Shown here piece by piece: positions 25,878 to 41,879 of a stretch of 64,000 bases of DNA. The stretch's first letter is position 1. Each line of letters starts with the position of its first letter. The stretch is taken from assembly GCF_009914755.1 (NCBI RefSeq), contig NC_060930.1; one strand, 5' to 3'. The notes below the pieces were generated by a model. The model was not told where the DNA came from and searched no databases. It worked only from the letters and a program-made list of their open reading frames with translations. Made by a program: the position numbers and the translations under genes. Origin of the DNA: the human T2T-CHM13v2.0 reference genome, Homo sapiens.

Positions 25878-27358
25878 GTATTAGCATTTTCTTAATTTAT
25901 ATTTCATTCTAAATATCTTTAATTTGTCAAGGTGGATTAAAAAATGAGAGGCTATATTACATTTCTAGCTTTTCATTTCCTCACATTAATTTTGTCACTA
26001 AAATGGAAACATAATGCTTGACTAGATTCTGACCATTGAAAAATACCAATTTTTAATTCATGTTAGTCTTTTACTTTTAAAAATGTTTTTTAAAAGCCAT
26101 TTTCTCTTGGAATATTTTACATGAAAAGTATGACTCAAGTGAGGGTCTATCTATGCAAAGTAGAACTGAGTGTTTCCGACATACGTATACATTACATCTA
26201 TTACCAGCTGGTGCTCACAGGGTTTTGCGGGAAGGGGACAGTGTTAGAATGCTACATGAGTTCATTTCTTTTATATATTCATATTAAGTGTATCTCCATC
26301 TGCTGAAGTACTTCCATTGGCATGGATGAAAATGTCAGTTGAGTGAATTCCAGGCAATTCTCCAAGGTAAGAAAGTTAAACAAGCGAAAAGGGCCAACAC
26401 ATATAAAGAAGGAACTTATCTTTTTAGCAAACGCTATGAAAGCTTTCGGTGTTTTTTTAGAACAAGCAGACATTCTTAGGAAATAATTAAAATAATCTGT
26501 CATAGAAAGTAACTGATGAGGTACTGATAAAATTAAGTGGAAAAAATCAGCTAGAGGAACTTGTACTGATTTATCACTTCCTGGAAACTGGGGCTAGTAA
26601 TGTAGTTCATTCAGTATGCAATCCTCTCTATTAGCCTCTAACATTTAAGAACTATAGTTGCTTTTGGTATGCGGGTTTTAAAAGGGCTGAGTAGCCTAGG
26701 ACAGTGCTTGTCAAATTTCTCTGGTCAAGGATCAATTTCTTCTTCATTTTTAAAGAAACTTTCTAATCGATTGCAGACCAATAATTTTGTAAAATATAAC
26801 AAAAACATATTACTAGAAAAATGAAACAAAAAACCAAGACACAAGGTTTGTGAATGGCTGTGCCTAGCACATGTGGGTGCTGAAATATGTTTAATAAACA
26901 GACACCACTTTCAGAAAAGCTGGTTCAAAAATGGATAGGTTTTCATCAGAAGCTTCTCAACAAAAGCACCTGGTATATCCAGATACTGAGAGTAGGCAGT
27001 ACCCTCAGACATCTTGTAACAAATAAAATTAAATATTTAATGAAGCTCTAGGATGCATTACATTTTCTTCAATTAGAGAATGACAGCTAGGCAATTTAGC
27101 AGTATTAAAGGATTAAATAATCTCTGATTATTTTTCCTGCTATTGTGCTTTTTTGTCCTAAACCCTAACTACACTTAAACATAGATGAGAAATCAATATG
27201 AAGAATAGTACAAAAGTCTAATAAAGGTGAACACCGGAATCTATGTTAGAGGGTTTTCACTTGTTCCAAATAACATCTAAAAAGTCTTAATTTTCATTTC
27301 CTTTTACACAGAGGATTTTTCAGTGTAATAATGCACACTTGCATGTAGCTTAAGATTC

Positions 27359-27658
<300 letters not shown>

Positions 27659-28280
27659 TTAAAATTCTTTTAATTATATACTTAGATGTACGTTTTATAT
27701 TTATATATGTATTGAAATTATATATTTCATAACTACCTGTATTCAGTGTAAAGTGAGGAATGCATTTAATACTTTCACACATACAGCATTTCCTGTTTAG
27801 TCTCATATCAAGCATAAAGCCAATGACTGCTTCCTCTTCGCAGAATAAAATGTAATAATAGCAGCATTCTAATGCAATCTGCACTGATGACAGCAGAGGG
27901 CACTGTCATATAAAATAACTTTTTTTTATTGTGCATAAGAATTTTGTGCATTATTGAACACTAGTTTTCAAGAGGCTAGGATTTCTGTAAACGGTCTTAT
28001 ATACCAAAAAAACTAGAAAATCTCTATTTGTGTGAGCATGAAGTGACATATTTTAACTGATGAATTGAAACCTGAGTCATAAATTATAAAAAGAAAAATT
28101 AATATAAAATTTACTGTTTTTCATAAGTTAGCATACTGAAACTTTTCTCATTCTATTTCTACTACTATATGATGCCATTTATATGAAGTCAAAAAAATAA
28201 AAAATATATTTATTATAGAATATTAGGTTATAAAACTATAAAGGAAAGCAAGAAAGTAATTACCATAAAATTCAGGGTAA

Positions 28281-28697
28281 AAGCCAAGTTGTGAATACAA
28301 CAGGAAAGTTCTTGAAGGAAATTCAAAGTGCTAATCCAGTGAACACATGAATAATAAGGAAGCGAAACAGTCTTATTGCCGATGTGAAGAAAGTTTTAGT
28401 GGTCTGGATAGAAGACCAAACCAGCCACAGCATTTCCTTAAGCCAAAGGCTAATCCAGAACAAGGCTCTAACTCTCTTCAACACTACAAAGGCTGAGAGT
28501 GGTAAGGAAGCTGCAGAAGAAAAATCTGACGCCAGCAGAGGTTGGTTTATGAGGTTTAAGGAAAGAAGTCATCTCCATAATATAAAGGTGCAAACTGAAG
28601 CAGTAAGGGGTAACACAGAAGCTGCAGCAAGTGATCCTGAAGATCTAGCTAGGGTTATTGATGAAGGTGGCTACACTAGCTAACAGATTTTTACTGT
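28281..28697 (+). mobile_element. Tigger1 transposase fragment (CENP-B-type HTH region)
   Basis: ORF 28384-28683 [31 protein letters not shown]...[13 protein letters not shown] is Tigger1/TIGD1-like. Confidence 0.92.
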
Positions 28698-31339
28698 AAT
28701 ATTAATGATCATTTGGCAGTATTCCCTGTGAGCCAGTGGTGACAGTGGCCATGGGGCGACACTCCTCCACCTTTGGAAAGGGGAGAAAAGACTGGAAAGG
28801 TCTATGTCTTGTGGTCTGAGTTACAGCTCAGACAAGTCAGAACACCAGCTAGACTTCTAAAGTTTTTGACTCTAGTGTCAGGCTCCCAGACAGCACCTCT
28901 GGACTTTTCCAGAGTCTAGTGGAAATCACCACCCTGCAGGGAAGAACACAGGCCTGGATGGCTTTGCCACTTGCTGATTGTAGAGTCCTAGTCCCTCAAG
29001 TGAACATAGGCAGTATCCAGGGGGTGGTTATGGAAGGCCTTGGGCAAGACCCAGTGCTGTGTTAGCTTCAGATGTGACCCAGCACAGTCCTAGTGGCGGT
29101 GGCCATAGGGTTACTTAGTTCACTTCACCCTCAGCTCCACGGGGCTCAGCAGAGAGAGAGAGAGATGTCATTTGTTTGGGAGAAAGTGAGGGAAGAGAAC
29201 AAGAGTCTCTGCCTGGTAATCCAGAGAATTCTTCCGGATCTTCTCCAAGACCATCAAGGCAGTATCTCCAGAAGTCTGCAAGAACCAGAGCATTACGGGG
29301 CTTCGGGTGCCCTCTAAAGCAGATACAGCTTAGATCACAACACCTACGTCCTTCTGAATATCTAGAAAGCCTTTCCAAGAAGGACCACTACGAACAAGCT
29401 CAGACTGTGAAGATTATAATAAATACCTAATTCTTCAATGCCCAGATACCAAAGAACATCTACAAGTACCAAGGCCGCCTAGGAAAACATGTACCCACCA
29501 AATGAACTAAACAAGGCACCACAGACCAATACTGGAAAAAGAGATACGTGACTTTTCAGACAGAGAATTCAAAGTAGCTGTTTTGACAAAACTCAAAGAA
29601 ATTCAAGATAACACAGAGGAGGAATTCAGAATCCTATCAGATAAATTTAAGAACAAGATTGAAATAAAAAGAACCAAGCAGAAATTCTAGAGCTGAAAAA
29701 TGCAACTGGCATACTATTGAAGAATGCATCAGAACTTTTTATGGCATAACTTTTTATGGCAGAAATGATCTAGCAGAAGAAAGAATTAGTGAGCTTGAAG
29801 ACAGGCTATTTGAAAATATAGTCAGAGAAGACAAAAGAAAAAAGATAAAAAAGCATCCCTACAGGATATAGAAAATAGTCTCAAAAGGGCAAATCTAAGA
29901 GTTATTGGCCTTAAAGAAGAGGTAGAGCAAGAGACAGGGTTAGAAAGTTTATTCAAAGGAATAATAACAAAGAGCTTCCAACACCTAGAGATAGATATCA
30001 ATATCCAAGTACAAGAAGGTTATAGAGCAGCAAAGCAGATTGAACCCAAACAAAAGTACCTCAAAGCATTTAATAAACTTCCAAAGGTCAAGGATAAAAA
30101 CATGGTCTGTAATAAAGAAAGGATCCTAAAAGCAGCAAGAGAAAAGAAACAACACACAATTAAGCTCCAATATGTCTGGGAGAAGACTTTTCAGTGAAAA
30201 CCTTACAGGCCAGGAGAGAATGGTACGACATACTGCAAGTGCTGAGGGAAAAATCCTTTCATGCTAGAATAGTATATTCTGCAAAAATACCTTCAAACAT
30301 GAAAGAGAAATAAAGACTTCCAGACAAACAAAAGCTGAGGGATTTCATCAACACCAGACCTGTCCTACAAGAAATATTAAAGGGAGCACTCTAATCAGAA
30401 AGAAAACGATGTCAATGAGCCATAAGAAATCATCTGAAGGTAAAAAACTCACTGATAATAGTAAGCATACAGAAAAACACAGAATATTAAAACACTGTAA
30501 CTGTGTCTTATCTTAAGTAGAAAGACCAAATGATGAACCAATCAAAAATAATAACTACAACTTTTCATGACATAGACAGTATACAACAAAAAATTAAAAA
30601 GCCAGAGGATAAAGTTAAGGCATAAAGTTTTTATTATTTTCTTTTTGCATGTTTGCTTGTTTATCCAAACAATGTTCAGTTGTTATCAGCTTAAAATAAT
30701 GGGTGATAAGATAGTATTTGCAAGCCTAATAAGATGCAGTATTTGCAAGCCAAAAAACATAAAAGATACACAAAACAATTAAAAGCAAGAAGCTAAATCA
30801 AATCACTGAGAACATCATCATCACAAAAAGGAAGAAGAAAAGAAAGAGAAGACCACAAAACAACCCAAAAAACAAATAAAATGGCAGGAGTAAGTCCTTA
30901 CCTACCAATAATAATATTGAATGTACATGGACTAAACTCTCCAATCAAAAGACACAGACTGGTTGATAGATTAAAAAAAAAAAAAAAAGACCAAATGATC
31001 TGTTGTGTACCAGAAACACATTTCACCTATAAAGACACACGAAGACTGAAAATAAAGAAATGGAAAAAGATATTCCATGACAATGAAAACAAAAAGAAAA
31101 CATGAGTATCTATATTTATTTCAGACAAAATAGATTTCAAGACAAAAATTGTTAAGAAGAGATGAAGAAAGTCACTATATAATGATAAATGGGTCAATTA
31201 AGCAAGAGGATATGACAATTTTTATGCCACCCATCACTGGAGCACCCAGATATATACAGGAAACATTATTAGAGCTAAAGTGAGAGATAGGCCCCAATAC
31301 AATAATAGCTAGAGACTTCAACACCCCACGTTCAGCATT

Positions 31340-31710
31340 TGATACGGTTTGGATTTGGGTCCTCACCCAAATCTCATGTAGAATTGTAATCCCTAATGTT
31401 GTAGGAGGAGGTGATTGGATCATGGGGGCAGCCTTCCCCCTTGGTGTTCTTGTGATAGTGAATGAGTTCTCATGAGATTTTGTTTAAAAGTGTGTAGTAC
31501 CCTTCCCCTTTTCTCTCTTTCTCCTGCTCCAGCCATGTAGGACGTGCCTGCTTCCCCTTCATCTTCTGCCATGATTGTACATTTCCTGAGGATTCCCCAG
31601 CCATGCTTCCTGTACAGCCTGTGGGACTATGAGCCAATTAAACCTCTCTTCTTTATAAATTACCCAGTCTCAGGTAGTTCTTTATAGCAATGCAAGAATG
31701 GACTAATACA
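31340..31710 (+). mobile_element. MST (ERVL-MaLR) solo LTR inserted in L1 ORF2
   Basis: TGATACGGTTTGG...GACTAATACA. TSD GCATT/GCACT. Confidence 0.92.
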
Positions 31711-32305
31711 GCACTGGACAGATCTTAGAGACAAAAAATCAACAAAGAAACATCAGACTTAATCTGCACTATAGAAACAAATGTACCTAATAGATATTCA
31801 TGCAATATTTCCTCCAAGAGCTGGAGAATACACATTCTTTTCCTCAGCACATGGATCATTCTTAAAAGTAGACCATATGTTTGGTCAAAAGACAAATCTT
31901 AAAATATTCAAAAAATTAAAATAATAAACATCTTCTGTGATCACAATGGAAACTACAAATCAATAACAAGAGGAATTTTGGAAACTACACAAATACATGG
32001 AAATTAGACAATATGCTCCTGAATGGCCAATGGGTCAATTAAAAAATTAAGAAGGAAACTGAAAATTCTCTTAGAACAAATGATAATGAAGTACAACATA
32101 CCAAAACCTATGGGATACAGCAAAAGCAGTACTAACAGGGAGTTTATAGCTATAAGTGCCTACATCAAAAAACAAGAAAAATTTCAAATAACCTAATAAT
32201 GCATCTTAAAGAACTAGAAAAGCAAGAGCAAGCCAAACTCAAAATTAGTAGAAGAAATACTAAAGATCAGAGCAGAAATAAATGAAATCTAAATTAAAAA
32301 AATAT

Positions 32306-32606
32306 TGACTGGGCATGGTGGCTCACGCCTGTAATCCCAACACTTTGGGAGACCAAGGCGGGCAGATCACGAGGTCAGGAGTTTGAGACCAGCCTGACCA
32401 ACATGGTGAAAGCCCATCTCTACTAAAAATACAAAAATTAGCTGGGCATGGTGGCATGCACCTGTAATCCCAGCTACTCAGGAGGCTGAGGCAGGAGAAT
32501 CACTTGAACCTAGGAGGTGGAGGAGGTTGCAGTGAGCTGAGATTACACCACTGCACTCCAGCCTACTGCACTCCAGCCTGGGTGACAGAGTGATACTCTG
32601 TCTCAG

Positions 32607-32636
<30 letters not shown>
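32306..32636 (+). mobile_element. AluS inserted in L1
   Basis: Full dimer with an A tail of about 30 nt. Confidence 0.96.
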
Positions 32637-32638
<2 letters not shown>

Positions 32639-34447
32639 CAGAAAGAAAATAATACAAAAGAGCAATGAAACAAAAAGTTGTTTTTTTTGAAAAGTTAAAC
32701 AAAATTGAAAAATCTCTAGCCAGACTAACAAAGAAAAAAAAAAAAAGAGAAATTCCAAATAAATAAAACCAGACATGAAAAAGGAGACATTATAACTGAT
32801 ACTGCAGAAATTCAAGGATTATTAGTGGCTACAATGAGCAACTACATGTCAATAAATTGGGAAATCTAGAAGAAATGGACAAATTCCTAGACACATAAAA
32901 CCTACCAAGATTGAGTAGGAAGAAATTCAAAACCTGAACAGACCAATAACTAGTAAGGAGATTGAAGACGTAATAAAAAGTCTCCCAGTAAAGAAAAGCC
33001 CAGGATGCAATGGCTTCATTGCTAAATTCTGCCAAACATTTAAAGAAGAACTAATGGCAATCCTACTCAAACTATTCCGATATTCTGAAAAATAGAGGAG
33101 GGGATACTTCCGAACTCATTCTGTGAGGCAAGTATTACCCTGATACCAAACCAGATAAAGACACATCAAAAAAAGAAAACTATAGGCCAATATCTCCAAT
33201 GAATATTGGTGCAAAAATCATCAACAAAATACTAGCAAACTGAATTCAACAATATATTAAAAAGATCATTCAACATGACCAAGTGAAATTTATCTCTGGG
33301 ATGCAAGGATGGTTCAACATACACAAATCAGTCAATGTGAAACATCATACCAACAGAATGAAGGACAAAAGCTATATAATAATTTGGACTCATGCTGAAA
33401 AAGCATTTGATAAAATTCAATATCCCTTCATGATAAAAAACTACCAAGAAACTAGGTATAGAAGGAACATACATCAACATAATAAAGGCCATATACATAT
33501 ATGACAGACCTTCAGTTAGTATCATACTGAATGGGGAAAAGGTAAAAGCCTTCTCTCTAAGATCTACAACACAACAAGGATGCCTACGTTCACAACTGTT
33601 ATTCAACATAGTACTGGAAGTCCTAGCTAGAGCAATCAGACAAGAAAAAGATATAAAGGACATCCAAATTGGAAAGGAAGAAATCAAATTATCCTTGTTT
33701 GTAGATTATACAATCTATGTCTGGAAAAAGCCTAAAGTTGCAAAATAAAAAATCAACATACAAAAATCAGTAGCTTTTCTATATGTAAACAGTGAACAAT
33801 TTGAAAAAGAAATCAAAACAGTAATCCCATTTACAATAGCCACACATAAAATTAAATACCTAGGAATTAACCAAGGAAGTGAAACATGTCTATAATGAAA
33901 ACTATAAAACACCAATGAAAGAAATTGAAGTGGACATTAAAAATGAAAAGATATCCCATGTTCGTGGATTGGAAGAATCAACATTGTTAAAATGTCCATT
34001 CTACCCAAAGCAATCTAGATATTCAGTGTAATTCCCATCAAAATACCAATGACATTCTTCACATAAATCGAAAAAAAGATCCTAAAATTTATATGGAACC
34101 ACAAAAAACACAGAATAGCCAAAACTATGCTCAGCACAAAGAACAGCCCTGGAGGAATCACATTACCTGACTTCAAATTATACCACAGAGCTACAAAAAC
34201 CAAAATAGCATAAAAACAGACAACCAGTGAAACAGAATAGAGAACCCAGAAACAAATCTACACATATACAGGCAACTCATTTTCAACAAAGGTACCAAGA
34301 ACATACACTGGAGAAAACACAGTCTCTTCAATAAATGATGCTGGGAAAACTGGATATTTATATGCAGAAGAATGAAATTAGACCCCTATCTATCACCACA
34401 GACAAAAATCAAATCAAAATAAAGAAAAAACCCAGAAAACAAACAAC

Positions 34448-34450
<3 letters not shown>

Positions 34451-34479
<29 letters not shown>
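34451..34479. repeat. (CA)n microsatellite
   Basis: About 14 AC units. Confidence 0.95.
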
Positions 34480-34481
<2 letters not shown>

Positions 34482-34600
34482 AAAAAATAGATTAAAGACA
34501 AATTTAAGACCTCAAACTCTGGAACCACTACCAGAAAACACTGGCGAAAATCTTAGGGTCACTGTACTTGGCAAAAATTTCTTGAGCAATATTCCACAAG

Positions 34601-34977
34601 CCCTTTCTCACACTGCTATTAAGAACTACTTGATACTGGGTAATTTATGAAGAAAAGAGGTTTAATTGACTCATAGTTCCACAGATTGTATGGGAAGCAT
34701 GGCTGGGGAGGCCTCCAGAAACTTACAATCATGGCAGAAGGCGAAGCGGAAGCAGGCATTTCTTCACATGACAGAGCAGGAGAGAAAGAGCGAAAGGAGA
34801 AGTGCTACACACTTTTAAACCACCAGTTCTTGTGAGAACTTACGCACTTATCATGAGAAGAGCAAGGGGGAAGTCTGCCCCCATGATTCAATCACCTCCC
34901 ACCAGACCCCTCCTCCAAAATTGAGGATTACAATTCAACATGAGATTTGGGTGGTGACACAGAGCCAAACCATATCA
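34601..34977 (-). mobile_element. MST (ERVL-MaLR) LTR, antisense, one end clipped
   Basis: TTCTCACACTGCTATTAAG...CAGAGCCAAACCATATCA. Confidence 0.9.
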
Positions 34978-35348
34978 ACAACTGAATTCATGGAGATAGA
35001 GAGTAAAAAGATAATTACCAGAGTCTGGGAAAGGTAGTGTGGAGTTGGCAGGGGGATGGGGATAGTTAATGGGTACAAAAAAATAGAAAGAATGAATAAG
35101 GTCTATTGTACAGAACAGGGTGACTATAGTTAATAATATAATAATAACCTAATTATACATTTAAAAATAACTAAAAGAGTATAATTGGATTTTTTGTAAC
35201 ACAAAGGGTAAATGCTTGAGGGGATGGAAACCCCATTTTCCATAATGTGATTATTACATATTGCATGCCTGTAGCAAAACATCTCATGTACCCCATAAAT
35301 ATATACATCTACTATGTACTCATGAAAGTTAAAAATTAAAAAAAAAAA

Positions 35349-36112
35349 GTTGTTTTCAATCCTCATGGTTGGCTTTCAACCCTCAGGAAGATTTAAGGAG
35401 TTCAAGACTTCAATGGAGGAAGTAACTGCAGATGTGATGGAAGTAGCAAGACAATTGGAATTAGAAGTAGAACCTGAAGATGTAACCAAATTGCTACAAT
35501 CTCATGATAAAACCTGACTAGATGAGGAATGGCTTCTTATGGATGAACAAAATATGTGGTTTCTTAAGATGGAATTTAATTTTGGTGAAGATGCTGTGAA
35601 CACTGTTGAAATGACAACAAAGGATTTAGAATATTACATAAATTTATATTTGATAAATCAACGGCAGAAAGAAGTTCTACTATGGGTAAAATGCTATCAA
35701 ACAGCACTGCATGCTACACAGAAATCTTTTGTGAAACAGTCAATCGGTTAACAAACTTTTGTTGTCTTAGTTTAAGAAGTTGTCACATCCACCTCAATCA
35801 TCAGGAAGCACCACTCTGATCAGTTAGCTGCCATCAAAATTGAGGCAAGATTCCCCACCAGATTACATCTCGGTGAAGGCTCAGATGATTGGTAGCATTT
35901 CTCAGCAATAAATTACCTTTTAATTAAGATAGATGCATTGTTTTTTCAAACATAATGCTATTACATACTTAACAGACTATAGTACAGTGTACACATAACT
36001 TATATACGCACTGGGAAACCAAACAGTTCGTGTGACTCACTTTATTGTGATATTAACTTTAGAGGGGTGGTCTGGAGGAAACCAAACCTGTGATATCTAT
36101 GAATTATGCCTG
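35349..36112 (+). mobile_element. Tigger1 3' part with terminal inverted repeat
   Basis: TTCAAGACTTCAATGGAGGAAGTAACTGCAGATGTG; peptide GEDAVNTVEMTTKDLEYYINL; ends TATGCCTG|TA. Confidence 0.9.
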
Positions 36113-38445
<2,333 letters not shown>

Positions 38446-38779
38446 TTAAAAGTTTTTAAATGTACAACATGATGTTTTGAAATATGTAGAGCACTACATG
38501 CCAGCGCAGAATCACTTTCTCTTCAGTGTCTGAAACTGAGACAAAAAGTTTACTAGAAGTCTTCTCTTAATGTATATCCAGTATTTTTCTTAGCTAGGGT
38601 CAAGTGTATAATGAATTTTTAAAAAAATGGCAAGGCCAGGGTTAGCCCAGAGACTGAAAAACATCCCAAATGAAAAGACAATGAGTTTCAAAGTATGCCA
38701 CAATGTTATCATATTGGCATTGGTAAGAGACAGTTGTATAAGATAATCTTAAAACTCTAAGCCACAATATTATGTGAAT

Positions 38780-39005
38780 ATTGATGTAAACTTTAGGTTA
38801 AACATTATGCTAAAACCTATATTTTCACTATCTTATTTAAATCTATTTATAAATATTTAAGGGAGATACTTCCATTTTATAGATAAAGAAACTGAGATGA
38901 AGAGAGGTAAAATACTTGCTCAAAGTCAAGTAGATAAAAGTGTCAAACTGGGATTCAGCCTAGGTCTACTAGACGTCAGTGCTCAGGCTCTTTACTGTTT
39001 TGCCA
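38780..39005 (-). mobile_element. MIR SINE
   Basis: CCATTTTATAGATAAAGAAACTGAG..AGAGGTAAAATACTTGCTCAAAGTCA. Confidence 0.8.
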
Positions 39006-39759
39006 TTTTACCTCTAATTGTGCTATATTTACTACCTTTTGCATTATAAAGAGGCTCCAGTATGTGAACCTGTACAGATAACTTACAGAGCATTGTATTG
39101 GTCTCCTTATAGCTAGCTGTGTTAGTAGGCCTTGGGAATGGTACTGAGAAAGCAGTTTAAACCATGTCTAAAGCATTAGATTTTATAAAATGTCATTTCT
39201 ATATAATATAGCTATCAAATACTGAGAATAATTATTGGGAGTGAAGAGCTATTGGTCCCAAAGAACTTTCTCTATTTTTAGTCCCTAATCTTCCTGAAAG
39301 TCCCACAAAGTTGCTATAAATCACAGCAAAAAGAAGACAAAGGGATCTCAGAAAATCTCTTTTTATTGGTGAGAAGACAGCTACAGCAGTCTCTCTTTCT
39401 GCATTCTATTTTTCTTTTTTAATGTTGCTTACCTTTGTTTGTATAATTCTTTTGGATTTTTAAGTTTCATATATTTCCTTAGCTTTCCTTCCAGGAGTTT
39501 TGCTAATATGGATTTGCTCTATTCAAAATCTCAAAACCATGTGTTTTGTTAATTTTTTGAAAATGCATAGTAATGAAGTGATCATGAAATTTTATTAGAT
39601 TAAAATTATCTACTTTAATGACTGACAAAAAGAAAACATTCAGAAAAGAAAATAGGTTTATCCTATTTAAGAATATATAAAATATTGATATTAAGGCAAA
39701 AATGAATTTGAGCAAGTTAATTATATTTGTGCAAGAAATTAATGAAATTTTCATCCTAC

Positions 39760-39840
39760 CTGAAATCACATGCTGTAGTAAATTCTGCTCCTCCACCCAA
39801 TGCCCAACCTTGAACCAGCGCAACACTTATTAAAGGAAGT
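39760..39840 (-). CDS. ECHDC1: ECHDC1 coding exon (LPLISVALVQGWALGGGAEFTTACDF)
   Basis: Crotonase GxAxGGG-E motif. AG/GT boundaries, 81 nt, phases match neighbours. Confidence 0.96.
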
Positions 39841-41393
39841 CTGTATATTGAAGAAAAAACTGATGTTACTATTTTTAATTTCAATATTCATTTACAAATG
39901 TTATTTTTTAAAAAATCTTAAAATGCAGTGGAAACAAAATTATTGCACTGTCTTCATAAAAACAAACACACATCAAAGGATAGCAGAAGCTTGAACCTTT
40001 ACATCATGAGAAGAAAAACAGTGTAATACTAAACATACAATAGTTCACAATAAATGCCACATAAGTTCATTAAAATACCTCCCTGAATCATTATATATTT
40101 TTAAGCTATAGCCATATTGTAACTTACTCCCAAATAAATGGATGCTTTTGTCTAATTTACAGCTCCTGGAACTTCTCAGCAGCTGGCTCTTCAGAATAAT
40201 TCCATGTGATATTATCTTTGTCCATTTTTGTTGGTATCAGGTTAAAAGTTGGAAAATCAAGGCTATTTCCAAAGGTTGGAAATGTGTTACAGAAGATAGG
40301 GCTCCAAAACTGTGTTATGAAGTTTCCTTCAAAAATCTACTCATTGTTGCCTGAAATAATCCACAGACTAATCCTATATAAAGGCATGATTTTGCAGTAA
40401 AAATAAATCTTTTACCTTTCCTGTTTGCAAAGACCCACTTTGCAGGGGTGTGTGAATACAAGGTAAATCTAAAATGTTTTCCAAGATGGAATTTTTGTAG
40501 GTTCTGACCTACAATGCAAAGGTGCAGGTCTGAAGTAATTGAAAATTTCCTAATATACACTGCTCCCATGTAGAAAGGATTATTTAAAAAAATAATAACT
40601 TCAGATTTATCTATGAAAAAGCCAAATGCAATAGGAAAAGGAGGTGAATAGGGTTTAAACAATGAAGATACTATTTTAGAATAGTAATGTTATGATTCTA
40701 TTACTCTCTCTAGACTCTCAGATACAATAGGTACCAAAAATACAGTAATGTCCAATTAATAACCTTGCTTAAATAAGAATTTCCTTACTTTTCATAATTT
40801 TAAATTTGTCTACATTCGGAATGTGAAAGTAGAAAGCTAATCAACCAAAACATGTCAGTTTGTAACCTCAAACATACCTTGATAGGCCAAGAAGAATTTT
40901 TCCTCTTTGCTTCTTTACCTAGGTGCAAAGTCAATTCATATTCCTCAGAAAGCTGTAAAAACTTTCCAATCCATAGTTCTTTTTCTCATCTCCTCTGGAT
41001 ACAGACCACTTCACCACACATTCTACTAATTTGGAATATTAGGTAAACTTTATGTGTCATGTCTTGATCAGTGTCTTTATTATTCTGCTCTAATACCAGT
41101 ATTTAACTTTCCCAGTATCTATTCCTAAATACAGCTAGTTATATAAGCTCTTTAGGGGATATGTCTTAAATTCTTCTTATCTTTCATTTCTCTTATTTTT
41201 AAAATACATATGTATATACTTCATTAACATGTAATTAAATGATTATCCTCTACGGCACAAAAAAATAGTACATCATTAGAATAGATGTAATTTGAAAATT
41301 AGCTATTATTTCTTAACTAGTACAAATAATGGAATAGCAAAAAGCTATTTTTGGTCTTTTAGAAATCATATTTTAAAAAGAAGGCTGCATTAC

Positions 41394-41446
41394 CTCATAA
41401 ATCTTGTTAAGGTGTTTTGCATGAACATGCATACGGCCATTCCATC
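41394..41446 (-). CDS. ECHDC1: ECHDC1 coding exon (DGMAVCMFMQNTLTRFM)
   Basis: 53 nt, AAG acceptor, GAG|GTAATG donor. Needed to keep frame between the flanking exons. Confidence 0.93.
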
Positions 41447-41879
41447 CTTTAAATAAAAATAAGCAGAAACACAAAGGTATAATGCAAATATATTACATTA
41501 AATTTTTTAAATTAAGGTTTTAGAAAGTAATGAAGCCAAAAATATGTCTTTTTTAAACAATGACATTTCCATTTAAAACTCTTTGATGTTGTCTGAAATG
41601 CAAATAATGCTGTATTTGACTGTTGATATCCTAGGGCTCCTTGAGCTCAGCTTTGCATGAGGTATTAGCAAAGATGTAGGGATAAGAGACAGATCACATA
41701 CCCTAGATCACTATGGAGTTCTACTCAGGGTAATGACAGGGGAAAGGCATAAGATATACCCATCTGTTATCCTTAAGATGATAAACATATAAGAGAAGAA
41801 GGGAAAGAAGGGAAAAGTTATGTTAAGCTTTGATTTTTAAAAAAATATTTCTAAGGCTTTATCTTGGTATTGCCACAAC

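Larger units (their letters stand above)
28700..35348 (+). mobile_element. Near-full-length decayed L1 (L1MA1/2-like) with nested MST LTRs and Alu
   Basis: 5' UTR, broken ORF1 (about 29440-30420), ORF2 endonuclease start (MAGVSPYLPIIILNVHGLNSPIKRHRL, 30881), RT remnants ([11 protein letters not shown]), L1MA-type 3' UTR and poly(A) at about 35340. Many stops and frameshifts. Confidence 0.93.

Noticed and set aside
28384-28683. Possible domesticated transposase (TIGD-like) gene
   Set aside because: Short Tigger1 fragment with a GTG start and early stop, interrupted by an L1.
28700-35348. Potentially active L1
   Set aside because: Both ORFs are broken by stops, frameshifts, insertions and a deletion.
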